Origin: a virus
DNA: 64,000 nt
Strand: one strand, 5' to 3'
Virus record (IMG/VR): IMGVR_UViG_3300005805_000055
Span: 29,762-93,761 of that record
The position numbers and the translations under genes were made by a program. Below, piece after piece: positions 21,601-32,600 of this stretch (position 1 is its first letter; the number at the start of each line of letters is the position of its first letter). The notes beneath the pieces are model-generated. The model was given only the letters and a program-made list of their open reading frames with translations, made no database searches and was not told the origin of the DNA.

Positions 21601-21701
21601 TGTCGTGCCCGAAACTTAACAGCGGCTAAATCTGTTTTAGACAGAGATGAACTAATTAAGTCGTGATTTGAGTATCTACGAGGGATACCTTTACCCGCCA
21701 T
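12606..21701 (-). CDS. Giant polyvalent putative internal virion protein (~3031 aa)
   Basis: Track start is TTG 21713; ATG 21701 has GGAG 6 nt upstream. Contains RCPPGTPNANQFTDIDMSNC (20904-20963), zincin HEFGH, Pro/Thr/Lys linkers, degenerate VIP2-like ART (~17165-17500), degenerate DUF3626-like region (~15975-16590), DPF repeats, and GSKSTT three times (16974, 15495, 14781). Confidence 0.9.
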   Translation of the reverse strand: MAGKGIPRRYSNHDLISSSLSKTDLAAVKFRARQDVLTRFAYLDTDMIVKALDEGLKSSGSKKGTREAGENSDNYVPELKLDWNPRARRKPGQVLKLHTNFREMTSDEGAKWGWVDPVRKLTDEEKAAGWTAFIDEYKKRPKPIVYFYANGPDGQPTKQIVKAMEVTPYGMTDRPDLVEKGNLESKSDDFSIITRNVLNGIIATTQLFPVNEKKLGKTISELLPSQRLSLQRAVARGLVIDANGKMRCPPGTPNANQFTDIDMSNCMAIDPAQAVGRVRSWMNNINARADQIRSEERIREITGSAQSRFDEARKNINTHEKSKKRQDEVDMLNEEFLRDLRDANGLSIDERIAAEGFDLNNPDDQEIIKRTNLRHLMGLEILREKGEGPEWRGLVEDMMIVEVDKQTGNWSYKPFTWDGNMSFKDNIAAYHQAIGDSTDALMADQLLGTHDFGNGRQTNVYVSDIKDKRIRDEILAKRPDLFQRYEGLRNFMIRANTDVRQGNLEALIDSRNDNPDAFAGITELRAYTPDPREKKNIAYDFMHTQGMVAPLPDDPTGTAKIDWFSNSWSRVLKPLLESEAITTIAQELTQKHPYGISVSLDFEAVESMFMNEMQKLTAMEELLTESMDADTYARSIKASPENAIEAEVQRLMTELREADPRRISEILSQYGLRGFKMPSGADLTILKENIAKRLGVGTEVIDAAWTKFSRGAMYGADMSAARHYALNGDLFAAIFKARARHDAYHEFGHVLQYKAAENFIKRFAAENGGYPIFENGRVTRVLPGDTSKWTSKEWMDALSKGVISNPQFLSGFPPTGVGELEDNMLHLISGNYYQDKVGAWQMGSNLSPELQVALTEAHVELNALRKTGVISGPEIDRQLEYMDKVIPSGAGTSRYFGPRPTPEETPDVTPDEPPALPPGTPGTPDGGTPDGKTPDGKTPGDGGGSGKKVTVTVGDTVVNNSGTTNINVNGDGNIIVNTGDIIVGPIIINGEEIDGDTPINVTVNIYLETPKASKPKKKKSTKKTPTKKTKPTPDGEAPETPETPKTPETRQDKASRDLWRRINGYIAEDGATEWKVAPTAKGLRPGNDRSQQKTFIDEVFGLTADDTSVGGAGDSVADPFGSTQAYKSMTPDQLDARFEKIKTQVDDLIEQSRSRQLTKDEQAKIWLGMKAMRQVIRENQERAQYTDERRAAVAASKRQPDQRPGKYLSKQEGTSSVLSSKTATSMRRRSLEKARTQREGDVVEVDEDELIHYQRTIAKHAGRSTTGKDGWSVSGNEYQPGRAIEAESHVVTDTPADKTVDGKARKVRPNAATDPSSYGKRTREATDAKLKEDESKAISGAVAINERQSARAMDGPEAMSDAVKASAKARRDAEISGETLAEASPDVESPLLDSEITRSIAPTLRALDKSMLDQDVEATFGVPESEVFDGLGQGEIIDSTEMIRGRMISHADSEVMGSSELTATRRIRVIAPSGSRGLTEKNYTDGETSDLILPPGEFVITDIDEDGTITIIPHRQETSVDTLSRMVDDLDEATQTLTGGDADEARRIRETLNAEIAKSNQEISEFNGPIGSKSTTRGVSGEIGAAKRGRSRNVELSKSYSESSSRPFDVDNDFVENINQASIEDPESVSTLFPPASRSQVKRLNTDSMLESVMEIKQLIDARDTDMREPLPDYMTQQIQDLIASSTPEEITDMVSNALLNLHNSFDERIRVDMDDSGLRDLMENGRIRTPSEIKPNSSASQVREAFETSVGFSPDIDPSERTISGRLVHRSEQAILDAEIAERTRNGFIGTNQYASRVVGGREKIEIVALPEVSQRSSYSRGAAIKNRDSMSPILSQDRDDITLAMFDFTTSTREQRNEFITRAIASTQRNVVSDLLKPSSKSESRDNFETLIPGGIDFTEIEQIRVPAKLVNADESYSFKSVLDSNQNVKSALNENGFSVDEQSAIVEMVDDGRLSDIVPSAEIIRQRRGAAQLRRDFENKHGKSTSLVFTREDGINIMDENGFSNFPGAPSASSADDALAYRAAVEIAQNVSKIKEALASPGSRKKRATPRASVNESLIMGSKSTTRGPGGDSASKARRRAGTVSRVIGSNRVQKLLERAGLSEENAEATQFVGELAAAFAAGGPAGLATVFARRAGRDIADLGLREALDRGWLSPDQARRVEQQLLDRVAPEGLPERLTEAIEKGAKLATSDETRERAREVATAAREFIEDNERIQGVAQRAREVGGSVRERLQRRRAGRDSTTRDTDLVESASSDDPFATMPDDPFTMPVSDPFTGAANDPFEMPFDPFATDSAVVGSKSTTRIGSVSSKPVAYTKTPVFGRPNDNPTLPGFGYPDESFGTRQLHRPVYEINGKKIMFGPRTWGRTELNFDDDVEVIPVDPYAITGLDPLSPEGKEMALLFFSAVIGHNEWLSDKEGRASEGNSGLVPALLYAASRGDDEARRELERLAQRGDELMAETQAKFRQETVRNIGGEPSSIDWTQKPDVMVRVGKDENGLPIRRPMGIDDIFIVHQTSYEPEIDEDGNTVLRPTGDFEQNHLEQDKPSEDQSGINPHYDRSTIHFATNAVVSGHGARPTPSGKTYAIIVPLRDVLDANPGALENLLVVDTWFSPPIGEGLKIPLKSGQVVEIPGFAEYIDELDQEFIDRGYTIEAGTLFRDGQAIFNDDTTEYKQRRADASRAHDAEVRRISGQALAEVGRSHNNSEEYEVKMTPGGEYGAFSRDHDIRMDALAIEDIPAEYPEYEGGVDSGLHHMTGSNNGEMTTIFMDVPGRAITRITETEYARYWAMSDGARQRFFRQGQYETGTDDDPTPPITNAEDDFDSSPDAEFVRGSLSRTSPLSVFAESIGDPVEEMRKLQTIVPEEYVSRMEQMKSVLRNMSPAERAKYGATLATLLTGIYSKTNLPGSRQLDNYGDVVKKMFDPENIASAFEIIEALSGKSSNKAGEIPLLGGMKKSDLIKIGKLLGIDNSSANIDKIMGKLLAIFKFGKKAASDSIDTAEVERLFTALFENMIGIPNVGIDTGKETK

Positions 21702-21733
21702 CGCAGGCTCCAATCCCTGTTGCTTTTCTTTTT

Positions 21734-23563
21734 TCAGCTATCCAGATCAACTTCTGAAGACATGAGTTCGAATTCGACTAGCGTCTTGAGGAAATCATCA
21801 GTTCCAGACTCATCACCCTCGGTAACAAGATTCTTTTTTCCGGCAAGCCATTCTGCTGGGATCATTGATTCCATACCCATATCTTTTGCGCGCTTCATGA
21901 TGTGGCGCTTAGCAGCATCAACATCCTTAGCGCGCCCATGAGCCATTATTGCATTCTTTAGATCTTCTTCAGAAGCAATTGGAAATGAGCCATCCGACAT
22001 TGCTGTTCCCTCTTCGGCCATTCTCGTTCTTGTTTCATCGGAGAATGCGCGCTTCAGTGCAATTTCGGCAGCCTCTGCCTCAATGTCATCAGTCTCATCA
22101 TTGGTTAGGTATTCGTCATAGCCAAGAACATGACCATCTAGAGAGACGAATGCATCGTAGGCCTTGCCATCAAATCCATCAATCTCTACCTGGTAGGCAT
22201 CATGACCCTCGAAGATTGAAGGCTCAACGGCAACGACTGTTCCTGGAAGTGACTTTACGGCAATTTCTGCAGCCTCATTGAAGTCAATGAGTTCAATTTC
22301 ATCCAGAATTGACTTTTGCTCGAATGCGCTGTCATCGAGTCTATGGAAACCAAGAACTTCAGCAGTTGTTCCATCGATATAGACCTCATTGACATGACCA
22401 GACTTTACCTGAACATCAACAACGAACATGTCTGCAACGGCAGAATACCCAGAGTCAATGACGTCGGCGCCCTTGAACATCGATTCCGCAAGTCCTTCAA
22501 CATGCAGCAGGCCAGGCATTCCTTTTTCCGAAACGCACCCACCTGGACAATCGTCACAAATCTGCTGTCCACCTGGGTAAACCTTGCGGTCAATTGCGCA
22601 CATGTAGCCATTTACTCCAATATCGGCAGACTTTGTGCCCAGCTTTCTAAGGCGAGCCATGCGCATTGCTTCCAGGTCTGGACTCATCATGTCCTCGTCC
22701 TCGCCAGCACCCATATACATGCCACCCTTGGTGGGTTGCATTGGTGTTCCGATATCGAGAACTTCTTCGTCCTCGTCCTCTTCATCCATGGGGTCCATGC
22801 CATCATCCATCATGGACCCATCTTCTTCGTCCATCATTTCTGGCTTGCGCATTCCCATTCCCTTGACAGGGCGCTTTTTCATCATTCCATACATCTTTTC
22901 GGATGCCATGTCTTCTGACTCTTCGTCATCTTCCATCTCGGTCATCTCGTCATCTTCGGATTCAGATGGGTCTTGTTCCATGGAAGCATCGTCTTCCATT
23001 GACATCTCATCATCCTCCTCGTCCTCTTCGTATTCTTCTTCCATGCCGGGCATCATTGGCTTCATGTTTTTGCGCTTACGCCAACCCATGCCATAACCCT
23101 TTTCTGAGTCCATGCCATCTTCGCTGTCGTCAAGTTCGGGGATGCCTTCCATTTCGGCTGCAGCATCGTCCCTATTGAAGCCATTGGCCATGTCCATTGC
23201 CTTACGACGACGCATCATCATTTTGAGCTCGTCTTCGGTCGGAAGTTCTTCTTCTGCCATGTCGTCCATTGCGGCAACATCAACGGGCACCATCTTTACT
23301 TCAACAGCCATGGCACCACACTTTCCGCAGACAGTAGCTCCGGACTTGTAGCCGCATTCTCCGCCGCCAAGGCCCTTGGCGCACTTGACGACTCCACCGT
23401 CGCCATCGATTTTTACTACGGCCTTTTCGTCATAGTTCATGTCCATTGACTCCTTATAGTGCATTGACTTGAGTAGGCATCCGTTGTGATATGTACACCC
23501 ACTGCAAGGCATCATAGCCTTTCGCTGTTCAACCTGGCAGAAGTATTTTTCCTCGATTTTCAT
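21734..23563 (-). CDS. Scaffold-like head protein, 609 aa: Cys clusters, Met/Asp/Glu-rich tract, two PepSY-like repeats, C-terminal DGSFPI...GRA module
   Basis: IDFNEAAEIAVKSLPGTVVAVE...YQVEI...DGHVL fits the PepSY pattern. Very acidic, Met-rich middle region. C-terminal MSDGSFPIASEEDLKNAIMAHGRA...IPAEW. Confidence 0.75.
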   Translation of the reverse strand: MKIEEKYFCQVEQRKAMMPCSGCTYHNGCLLKSMHYKESMDMNYDEKAVVKIDGDGGVVKCAKGLGGGECGYKSGATVCGKCGAMAVEVKMVPVDVAAMDDMAEEELPTEDELKMMMRRRKAMDMANGFNRDDAAAEMEGIPELDDSEDGMDSEKGYGMGWRKRKNMKPMMPGMEEEYEEDEEDDEMSMEDDASMEQDPSESEDDEMTEMEDDEESEDMASEKMYGMMKKRPVKGMGMRKPEMMDEEDGSMMDDGMDPMDEEDEDEEVLDIGTPMQPTKGGMYMGAGEDEDMMSPDLEAMRMARLRKLGTKSADIGVNGYMCAIDRKVYPGGQQICDDCPGGCVSEKGMPGLLHVEGLAESMFKGADVIDSGYSAVADMFVVDVQVKSGHVNEVYIDGTTAEVLGFHRLDDSAFEQKSILDEIELIDFNEAAEIAVKSLPGTVVAVEPSIFEGHDAYQVEIDGFDGKAYDAFVSLDGHVLGYDEYLTNDETDDIEAEAAEIALKRAFSDETRTRMAEEGTAMSDGSFPIASEEDLKNAIMAHGRAKDVDAAKRHIMKRAKDMGMESMIPAEWLAGKKNLVTEGDESGTDDFLKTLVEFELMSSEVDLDS

Positions 23564-23650
23564 CTATCGCACCTTATAGTATACCCAGAATACTACAACT
23601 ACATGGAATGATTAAATCAATTCGTAACAAATTATGATAATCCATACTGA

Positions 23651-26600
23651 TTATTCTTCTTCTTCTTCCGTATTATCTTGTCCCGTAACTATGTCAACAA
23701 TTTTCTGTATTATCTCAAGGTCTTCTTCAAATAATGCAGCTATATCGCTAGCGGAGTACCCACTTTCGATTAATGACTTAAATATGCGCCCACTCGAACT
23801 ATCTGTCCATATGGGAATTTTTCCCAATAGGAATATTGACTTTCCATAGGTGCTACGTTCTTTTATCAATCTCGCAACACCAGACTCGGATAAGCCAGTT
23901 ATTCGTGCAATTTCTTCAATTGTCATGTCAGAATGAAGAAACGTTGCAAGTAAATTACGCGCATTGTTCTCCATTAGTGTCATGAGTTGTGTTTGTGCTT
24001 GCATATCAGGACTGCTGACATATTCACGATTACCTGGTGGCATGAATCCATCTCGTAGGGTGTCAATTAGTTGAGATCTATCTAGGCCAAGTAGGCTTTC
24101 CATAAAGTCGAGTGGCGATTCATTGGATGATCCACCACCCATCTCTACAAAGTCCCTAAAAAATGCAAGTATTGATTCAGCTCTAGAAAAATCCTTTTGT
24201 CCCTCCGCTGGGACCAATTCATCATCAGCAAATAGTCCAGCAACAACATTTCTGGCATCTACTAGTTCTTCCTCATTTAGACGAGAAAGTGTTACGAGTG
24301 TTTTGCGCACGGCAGTCATGTAAGCATTTCGCAGTTCTGGAGTTGGTACAAAATCCGAAGATTCATCATCTATTGGAGTCGTTAAAGATGGATGCCCAGA
24401 CCAAATTAACTTTGTATAAGCTTGTGTTAATCCATGAAGATATCGTTCTATGAACATCCGCTCGTATCTTGGATTATTGGATACATTTTTACCAGCAATA
24501 TACTCATCATATGAAACAAAATTAATATTTTCTGGGTCTAATGACCTTGTTCTGGATTCAGGATCATCTCCTGAATTTTCTTCATTAGCAGCTTCTTCAA
24601 TCAATTTATCAAAATACTCCCAATCACCTCTCTTCACTGCTTGACTATCCATATAGTCTAAATCTTCATCTGTAAGACGTTTCGGCCATAGGTATTCATG
24701 TGTTGACCCAAGAAGATCTGGAATAATGGCGCCATCGGTAATCAACCTAAGAATTTGATCAATCGCAGAATCATCAATTACGCCATCGGTGCTCAATCTA
24801 AAATTATCAAAGATATCCTCAAGTCTGGCTCCTGACCTAAACATGGCTTGAGCATCTTGTCGAACTTGATCCAAGATATCGTTTACTAGCCCGTTACGAA
24901 TACCCAACTCTTCGAGAAAGTCAAATAATGAGCCACCGCGCGATGGATCGTATCCACCGACCAAGGCAAATTGTCGAATTAGTTTTGCAATATCACTTGC
25001 TGCATTATCTTCATCATTCATTGATTGAAGATATTGGTCGATAAATTGGAGCCCAGCTCTTCTTTTAAAGCTTTGTGTCAATTCAGCAACATCAGCATCA
25101 AGTACAAATTGTATTCTCGCTATTTCTTTTCTTAATTCCTTATCAAAATAATCATTTACCTCACTAATATAATTGTCTAAATCGGATTTTGCTTCATCAA
25201 TAATTTCTTTGCGATTAATGGAGTCTTCGGACCGCAATTCATTTTCAAGATCTTTAAAATCCTGCTTGGCCTTATCTATTCTGCGTTTTCTTTCTGCATA
25301 ATTGTCGAACATCCTACTTCGTATTAAATCCTCTGAATCTTGACGGATTTTTGCAATCCTCTCAGAAAGTATTTCTAGTATTTGATCGTATTCTTCGATA
25401 AAACGCACATCAATATCGTCATGTCCATTAATACGGGCGAGATCACCTACCGGAAGAGCAGATGACCAGTTGGATCTAATTATATCGATGTCTTCATTTG
25501 TCAATCCATATTTTTTCTTAAGAGATTCCTCTGAGCCAATTCCATTCACTATTTCCTCAAAATCACTACCAGTTAGGCCAAATTCGAGCTTGTAGAACTC
25601 CATTTTGCGCCGTCCATCAGATGTGGTGCTCTTGGAACCAGTAATTTGTGGTGACTGACCACGCAACGCACGTCGTTCTGCTTCTATTTGACGCAATTCC
25701 CTAATCCCACTTGTGGAAATGACAACACGACCAGTGCGACGAGACTGTGGAGCATTGGAGCCGGACGGGACCGTCCCACCAGTATTGATGACGGTATTAT
25801 TATCCCCAGTAACATTAATATTTGTTGTTCCAGTATTATTTACAACAACACTTCCCGGCTTTGTTTGTTGTCTTGGTTTTCTTTCTGCTTTTGCACGTTG
25901 AGCGTCCTTGTTTCCATGCTTTCTCTTAAGTAGGAGTGCCTTACGCCTATTCAGCTCGCGGCGTCGTTCGTTGTATTCCTCACGTGAAATTGTCTTTGCA
26001 TTTGCTCGACGTCTAAGATCTTCAAGTTCATCCCTTATGTTTAATAGTTCAGCGTTTACCTCATCATCTGACATTTCGTCAATATCAGAATTGTCTATAA
26101 GATCAGATAACTTATCTTCATTTACTTCAACATCATCTGATTCAATAATTTCTTGTACAACGTCTACTGGTGTAATATTCCTCTCACCATCTGGATCAAC
26201 GCGGTCTTCTGGTTTGGCCGTCTGATCAACAGTAGAGGTCCAACGACCACTTCTGCGGCGACCGAGTTGCTCGTTTGTAGCTTCACCATTAGCCACGACA
26301 TACCATCTTGGAGCATTTGACGTAGGGTCCTCGTTGCCATAGACAAAGTAGCCACGTGACTCAAGCTCGTTTATGATGTCGTCAATTTTATACTTCTGCT
26401 CATTAACGCCCATTCGAGAAGAACCGATTTGACCAGAACCCATACGTGGTCTCCGCTGATCACGCTCTTCCTGTATTTTTTCCAGCGCCATAATTAGAGC
26501 ATTACGTTCTGAATCGGTACGTAGTGCTGCAAGAATCTGCTTTAGTTCACTATCGGTAAGCGAAGAAAGATCCGGGCGCTGCCTACTGGTGTTCATCCAA

Positions 26601-29600
26601 TTTGGGCGCGTACGGGTATATCTGATTTTTTTATTTCCTCTTCCACCCATTGGAATATCAATGAATTTTTCACCCCTTGATCCAGGTATAAACATGTCAA
26701 TATCAAGTCGTGGCTCATCTCTTGGTGGCATTATGTGGATTCCGTCAACGACGGTAGTCTTCATATCGTCCGGCAATCCCTTGAAGTCGTCATATACGGG
26801 TATATTTACACCGAAAAGAACAGCTTGTGGGCCATCAGACTCACGACGCCTAATCTTACCAATTATTGAAGGTGGCGGTGATTTCGGGAAAGACAAAATG
26901 TCTGGCCAGGGTCCGACATAATGATAAACGGGCTGACCCCAGTCGTCGGTAAAGCGCCAATTTCTCGGATCTTTTACCACCTTATCGGCATAAGCATCAG
27001 TGCCATACTCGTATTCTGGACGCGTCCATTCGAACATTGGCGAAGCGGTTGTTGACTTTGAACCAGCGATTCCATCACCTTCGTCGTCAATTATTTCGTC
27101 ATCATCCTCTTCTGATTCTACTGCGTCAAGAGAATTCCTAATAACATCTTCCCATTGTTTTGCCATAGCTATACTGCGGCGCGCCTCGCTGCTTGGTCCA
27201 CCAGACCCACGGTCTGGATCCATTGCATCAAAAATTGAAGATTGGTATTCATTAAGCAGATTAGCAATATCATCTAGTACGACTTCTGGGATAAGGATAC
27301 CCTCTTCACTAATAAGTGCATCAAGTAGCGAAAGTGCGGATTCCCACACGGAAGTATGTTTTTGCTCATCTCCTTCATTTGATCCATCCAGTGCGCCAAG
27401 TCGCGTCTGTGCAGCTCGACGCAATTTCTTAATTAGTTCTGGTACTGAGTATGAGGTCTTTGTTTTGCGCTTATCTTCCTTTTCCTTGAGACTATCGGAT
27501 ATAACCCTAAGTCTTTCGGCCTCCTCTTTGCGGGCGATCCACTCATCTTTAGTAAAGCCAAGGAATCTTTCAGCACGTTCCCGTTCCTCGTCATTGTCAC
27601 CTAGAAGCATTTCCATATATTTGTCGATTACGGCCTTGCGTCGTTGTTCACGCATTTTGGCAAATCCCTCATACCAAGCTTCCTCATCAAACTCTTCACC
27701 ACGCCTTACAGCATCGGCCATTGCGTCGCGTAAAGCCTGCTCCTCCTGCATCGCTTCAAGTGCTTGATGTTGAATATCGAGTTCTCTTATGCGAGACTCG
27801 AACTCAGCTTGGTTAATTCCATTTTTATTCTTTGGTGTTGCTATTCCAACTTCAAAGAGTGCATCAATTTGTTCCTCTGGAGAGAGTCCATCAAGTCTGT
27901 CTCCGAAAATTTCCCTTATCGATTTGCCCTCTGGCATCTTTGTCTTTTTCTTTTGACCAGATACCGCTTGGTCGCCATCTATTTTTGCAAGGTCATCTGG
28001 AGTTGGTTCATCTGATGAACTAGGCACCGGCAATGTTGTTGACTTGGATGAGTTTATTGGTCCGGAGTTGTAACGACCATTTCTACGTCTTTGTGAATTA
28101 TCGTGATATTCAGCCAGACGCCGCCACTCTGATACAGTCAGGAACCCGCCATTATTATCAAAACGCTGTACCAAATTTTGTACAACACGGAATGAGCGTT
28201 GATTCCTCGCCCATCCAATTATGTTCTCTGGGCTAAATCCAGATGGAGCACCCATATTGTATGGTCGGCCACGGAATCCGCCACCAGAATCAATTCTTGG
28301 TGAATCATATTTCCCGCTAAAGGCGGCAAGATTAAGTATCGACTCACCAATACTATGCCTAAATTTCGAATTTGTTTCTTTATTTAACGCTTTTGCAAAT
28401 AGACGATCATAGGCAATAATGTACTTCTCGTGATCGGCACGATTTAGCGTTACTGGAGAACCAGCATCTTGTGCCTCTTTTATTTTTGCTGCGAAATCAG
28501 CAAGTAGGGAAATCTTGCTATCATCGGCATTTTCTCTAAGTATTTCTTTTATTTCTTGTCTAATCTCGCCTAGCTCATCTGGATTAAGCCGGAGGATTGT
28601 TTTATCTTTCAGTGGCATCCTATTTCTCGTAGATGCACGACCAGCGAGCCCACTAGATCTAAAGTCATCAATTGCATTAATTAATTGAAGTAGGTGGTCT
28701 GCGGCGGAATGCTCTCCACTAATTTGACTCAAATTTGCTGCAGTTGCCCACATGCGCAGAGAAACATTGTCAAGGTAGCCAGCGTCCATATTGGCGAGTT
28801 GTGTCCCACCATTTTCAAGATCACGCGCAATTGATCTAATCTCATCAATCATATGACCAGTGAATTCGGAGTATGAACTGAGGCGTTCTATATCAGAATT
28901 AAGGAGTTGCCTCAACGAAGGTGGCTCCCCTTCGGTTTCACCATTCGGCTTAATAATATACGAATATTCACCATTTCTAATTAGTGAGTTTATATCCCTA
29001 CCAATACCGAATGATCTCTCAAGTTTGTCGGCCACACCCATTGGTATTCCGCCGTATATATATTCACCATCACTTCCCGAAAACCTAACGACTAATTCTT
29101 GTCTGCCGCCATCGTAGTAGACGGAATCAACAGCTTGGCTTTCATTTTGCCCACCAGGTGTTGGGTGAAGTAGACGTGAGTCACCAAGGCCTCGCCCATT
29201 AACATACGAGGCATTGTTTGTCCGCGACTTGCTTCCACCAAGCGGATTCCCAAGTAATAATGGCCTATATCCAGATACGGATTCACCGGTATCTACATCT
29301 TCAAGGATGCTTTTTCTTGTCTTTGAGCGTTGTGCACGAATTGCATATTTTTGTGCATCGAGTGCTGTTCTTGCAGCACGCATGATTTCTTCAGTTGGAG
29401 AATCAATAAGACGAAGTACATCTTCTTCTGTTAATTGATCTTCTCTATCTAGTTTGCTATCAAACAAATCTGGCCAATTCAACTCACGCAAAATAGAAAG
29501 TGCTTGAGCAAGGCGACCAGTAATATGGGCTGAAGTTATTTCACCGTATAGATTTTCTGCATTATCTGAAAGCGCATCTATCATTCTTGCTACTTCGTCC

Positions 29601-32600
29601 TGGCTAAATGTCGAAGAACCGTCACGAACCTCATCTGCCAATAACTTTCTCGCTACTGCAACGGCAGCTTTCCTGGTGCGCCACTGACGGTGCCTAGATG
29701 CAAGATCAAATATCGCATCGGCTACAGATGCAGTCACTAGGTCATGTATTTTCATAGCCCGCTCAAGATCCGACACAACACCATCGTCGGGATTATCTTT
29801 CGCAAGTTCGTCTTCTAGCTGCTTCAATAATGAGCGACTTCTTTCATTTACTATTGAAAGTTGTTCAATAAAATTATCAAATCGTGCAGCAGAAGTTTCA
29901 GAATCATCAGCAAGAACAATATTTTCAGCAATTGCATATGAATCATAATAAATACGCTGACCAGTATGTGACTTTGAGCCACTTGCTCCAAGCAATTTAC
30001 TGAATACTCTGTCACCAACCAAAAGATCTTTTGTTGTCTTGTCTACGAGATAAGACTCATCAAGACCTTCCGGAAGCCTAGTTCTTCTTGCTATTGAATT
30101 CATTACCCATGCATGGTATGGGTATGGAGAAACCTCTGAAAGTGCATAGGATACGGCAGCTTCCCGTGTAGGGAAGTCGACCTTGATTTCTGACAAATCG
30201 GCAGAACGTCCATCAATTGCTTCTCCCATAAGGCGGTATGAAGTAGTTCCATCTGGATTTGGAACCTCATATATATCAATTTGTACAAGCGTCATAGCTG
30301 AATCTGACCCAAATGCAGGCATTCTATTTTCATCGAGGTCAATAGAAATTTGCCAAGTTAGACGATCTTTTAATCGCGGATCTAGTGGTGGAACTCTAAT
30401 CCATCCATCAACTGGGCCAGATGCGTTTGTTGGTGGCATTGCTGTGTAAGGAATAAGATCATAAAGATAATCTGGCCGTGCACTCAGGATTCCTCTAGTT
30501 TTTTCAAATCTTTCCTGAACAATTTTTGAACCAATATATGTAGGAATATAATTACTATCATCCCTGCCTGGGGATAATGACACGCCAACAGCTTTCAAAC
30601 TCACAATATGCCCAGCTTCATCAACGAGCCAGAGGGCATGGTGACCACTAGTACTATCCATTCTAAATCCAAGAACATGTGGCCCATATTGTTTCTGTAC
30701 TTTGCGAATTCCTGAGTCATACCTGCTTGGAAGGCCCTGGAGATTAGGAGAGATTCCCCTGGTGCCTATAGTATTACTTGACAATGACCTGAGAACAGTT
30801 TCTTCGAATGTCTTCCTTGTTGCAAATTCCGGATACCTGCCATCAGGTCCAGACTCAACCAAGTATGACTGACCGGTATTTGGTGCAAAAAATAGAATTC
30901 CCATTTTCCCAAGATTGTAGGCCTCTATTGTTTTTCTATTATTGGAAAGAAGCGCAGCTAGCATAAATCTCCACTTGTCTCGCGACATCGGAATTCCCTT
31001 ATGGAGATTATTATCTTCTGAAACAATGTCAGTAATACCGTCGATTGTTAATGGCATGATTCTGGATGTCAGAATTATCCTCTGAGCAATGCGTGGATCA
31101 TATGCTTCAGATTCTTGCGTATCCTCCATGAGTGGCTGCGTAAAGTCACTCCTCCAGAATCCACCGTCACTAGAACTACCATCCACCAAGACCCCGCTTG
31201 GTGGAATTGGGCGTAAATCATTACGCGTGGTTGACTTTGATCCAACTACTGCTGCAGGGTAAGAAACTGGATATGGGTTGCGGCCAGTTATTTTTCCGCG
31301 ACGACGCAATATGTCATTGAGTCGCCTATATCCGTCGCCAGTGTATGTTCCTTCAATCAGATCGTTAATAACATTTATGTCAAGATTTTCGACAATTCCA
31401 GTGTGGGCGATGTCTCGACGTAGTTCACGAATCAGCTTCACCGCATCACTAGCTTGAAACTTGAGATCCCGTTGTGCCTTATTGGCAATAAATTGCATTG
31501 AATCCTCAACAGAATCAATTGTATGCCTATTTGTTGCGCGACTCAACTTCTGCGTTTCTTCGCTCCTGAAATCTCCACGATTAAATAAGTTTGGATTGAA
31601 CGGGGATACCCTACGCGGTAAACCATCATCGAATAGGGAGAATTCAGTTGCCTCCAATGATGCATTTCTGCGATAAGTGACATCAGGGCTGTTCCAGTTT
31701 TTTAATTTACCATTTTGCGTAAATTTTGCAACTGAATCAACCTGAGTGCCAGGACGTTTATCACGCGTTGCACGTAGTGGCAATCCACGCGTTACATTTG
31801 GAATAAGTGAACCTTTGTCAAATATAATGTCGATGTCTTCCTGCTCACCGCGCATATCTCCAAGAACAACAGAAACTGTTCCATCTATATTTGGAATTAC
31901 GGAGCGAACGCTCCATCGCGGTTCGCCGAGTGGGAAATTAGGAGCATCCCAATTATCTGGGAAAACATCACCGACAGAGACTCTAGATATATCTACATGT
32001 GTAGCTTCTTTTCTTTGTTGTGAATTTACCGAGCGCCTTGATGCGCTTGATCCCCACCTACGAGTAGTAGAACGTGATCCTGGTGTATAGAATTCCAGGG
32101 CAACACCATCATCTGGAGCACTTCTGGTAGTTGATTTTGAAGCTCCAGACTGAGATGCCATCCACTCATCTTTGTTTTTATTAAATTCTTCAATGTCTCT
32201 TTCAAACTTGATTCGCTTAGCTTCTTCTTTTTGGCGTCTCTTTTCTGGGTCAAGCGCATCTGTCGGCCATCCCTTTTCAATAGCACCCTCGACTATTCGT
32301 GTTAATACTTCACCAGTTGCAGCGGCATCATAGTCCGCAGTATGGTGCTTATCGCCAAGAGATACTCCAAGATATTTTGTTATGTCAGCAAGACTATTAG
32401 ATGGGCGCTTTTCCCCTGTTGCCTTATCTATCTTAAATGGGGCATCTTCATTTTCTGGTGACCACTTAGGCAGCGTGGCATCTGCAATTTCCTTAGTATC
32501 GATGATTCCATCTGGTTCCCAATCTATTCCAGATTCTCGTAGTGCATCAGTAAGTACTTCATTATCGAATACGGCATTCTGCATTCCAAGAATGACACCC

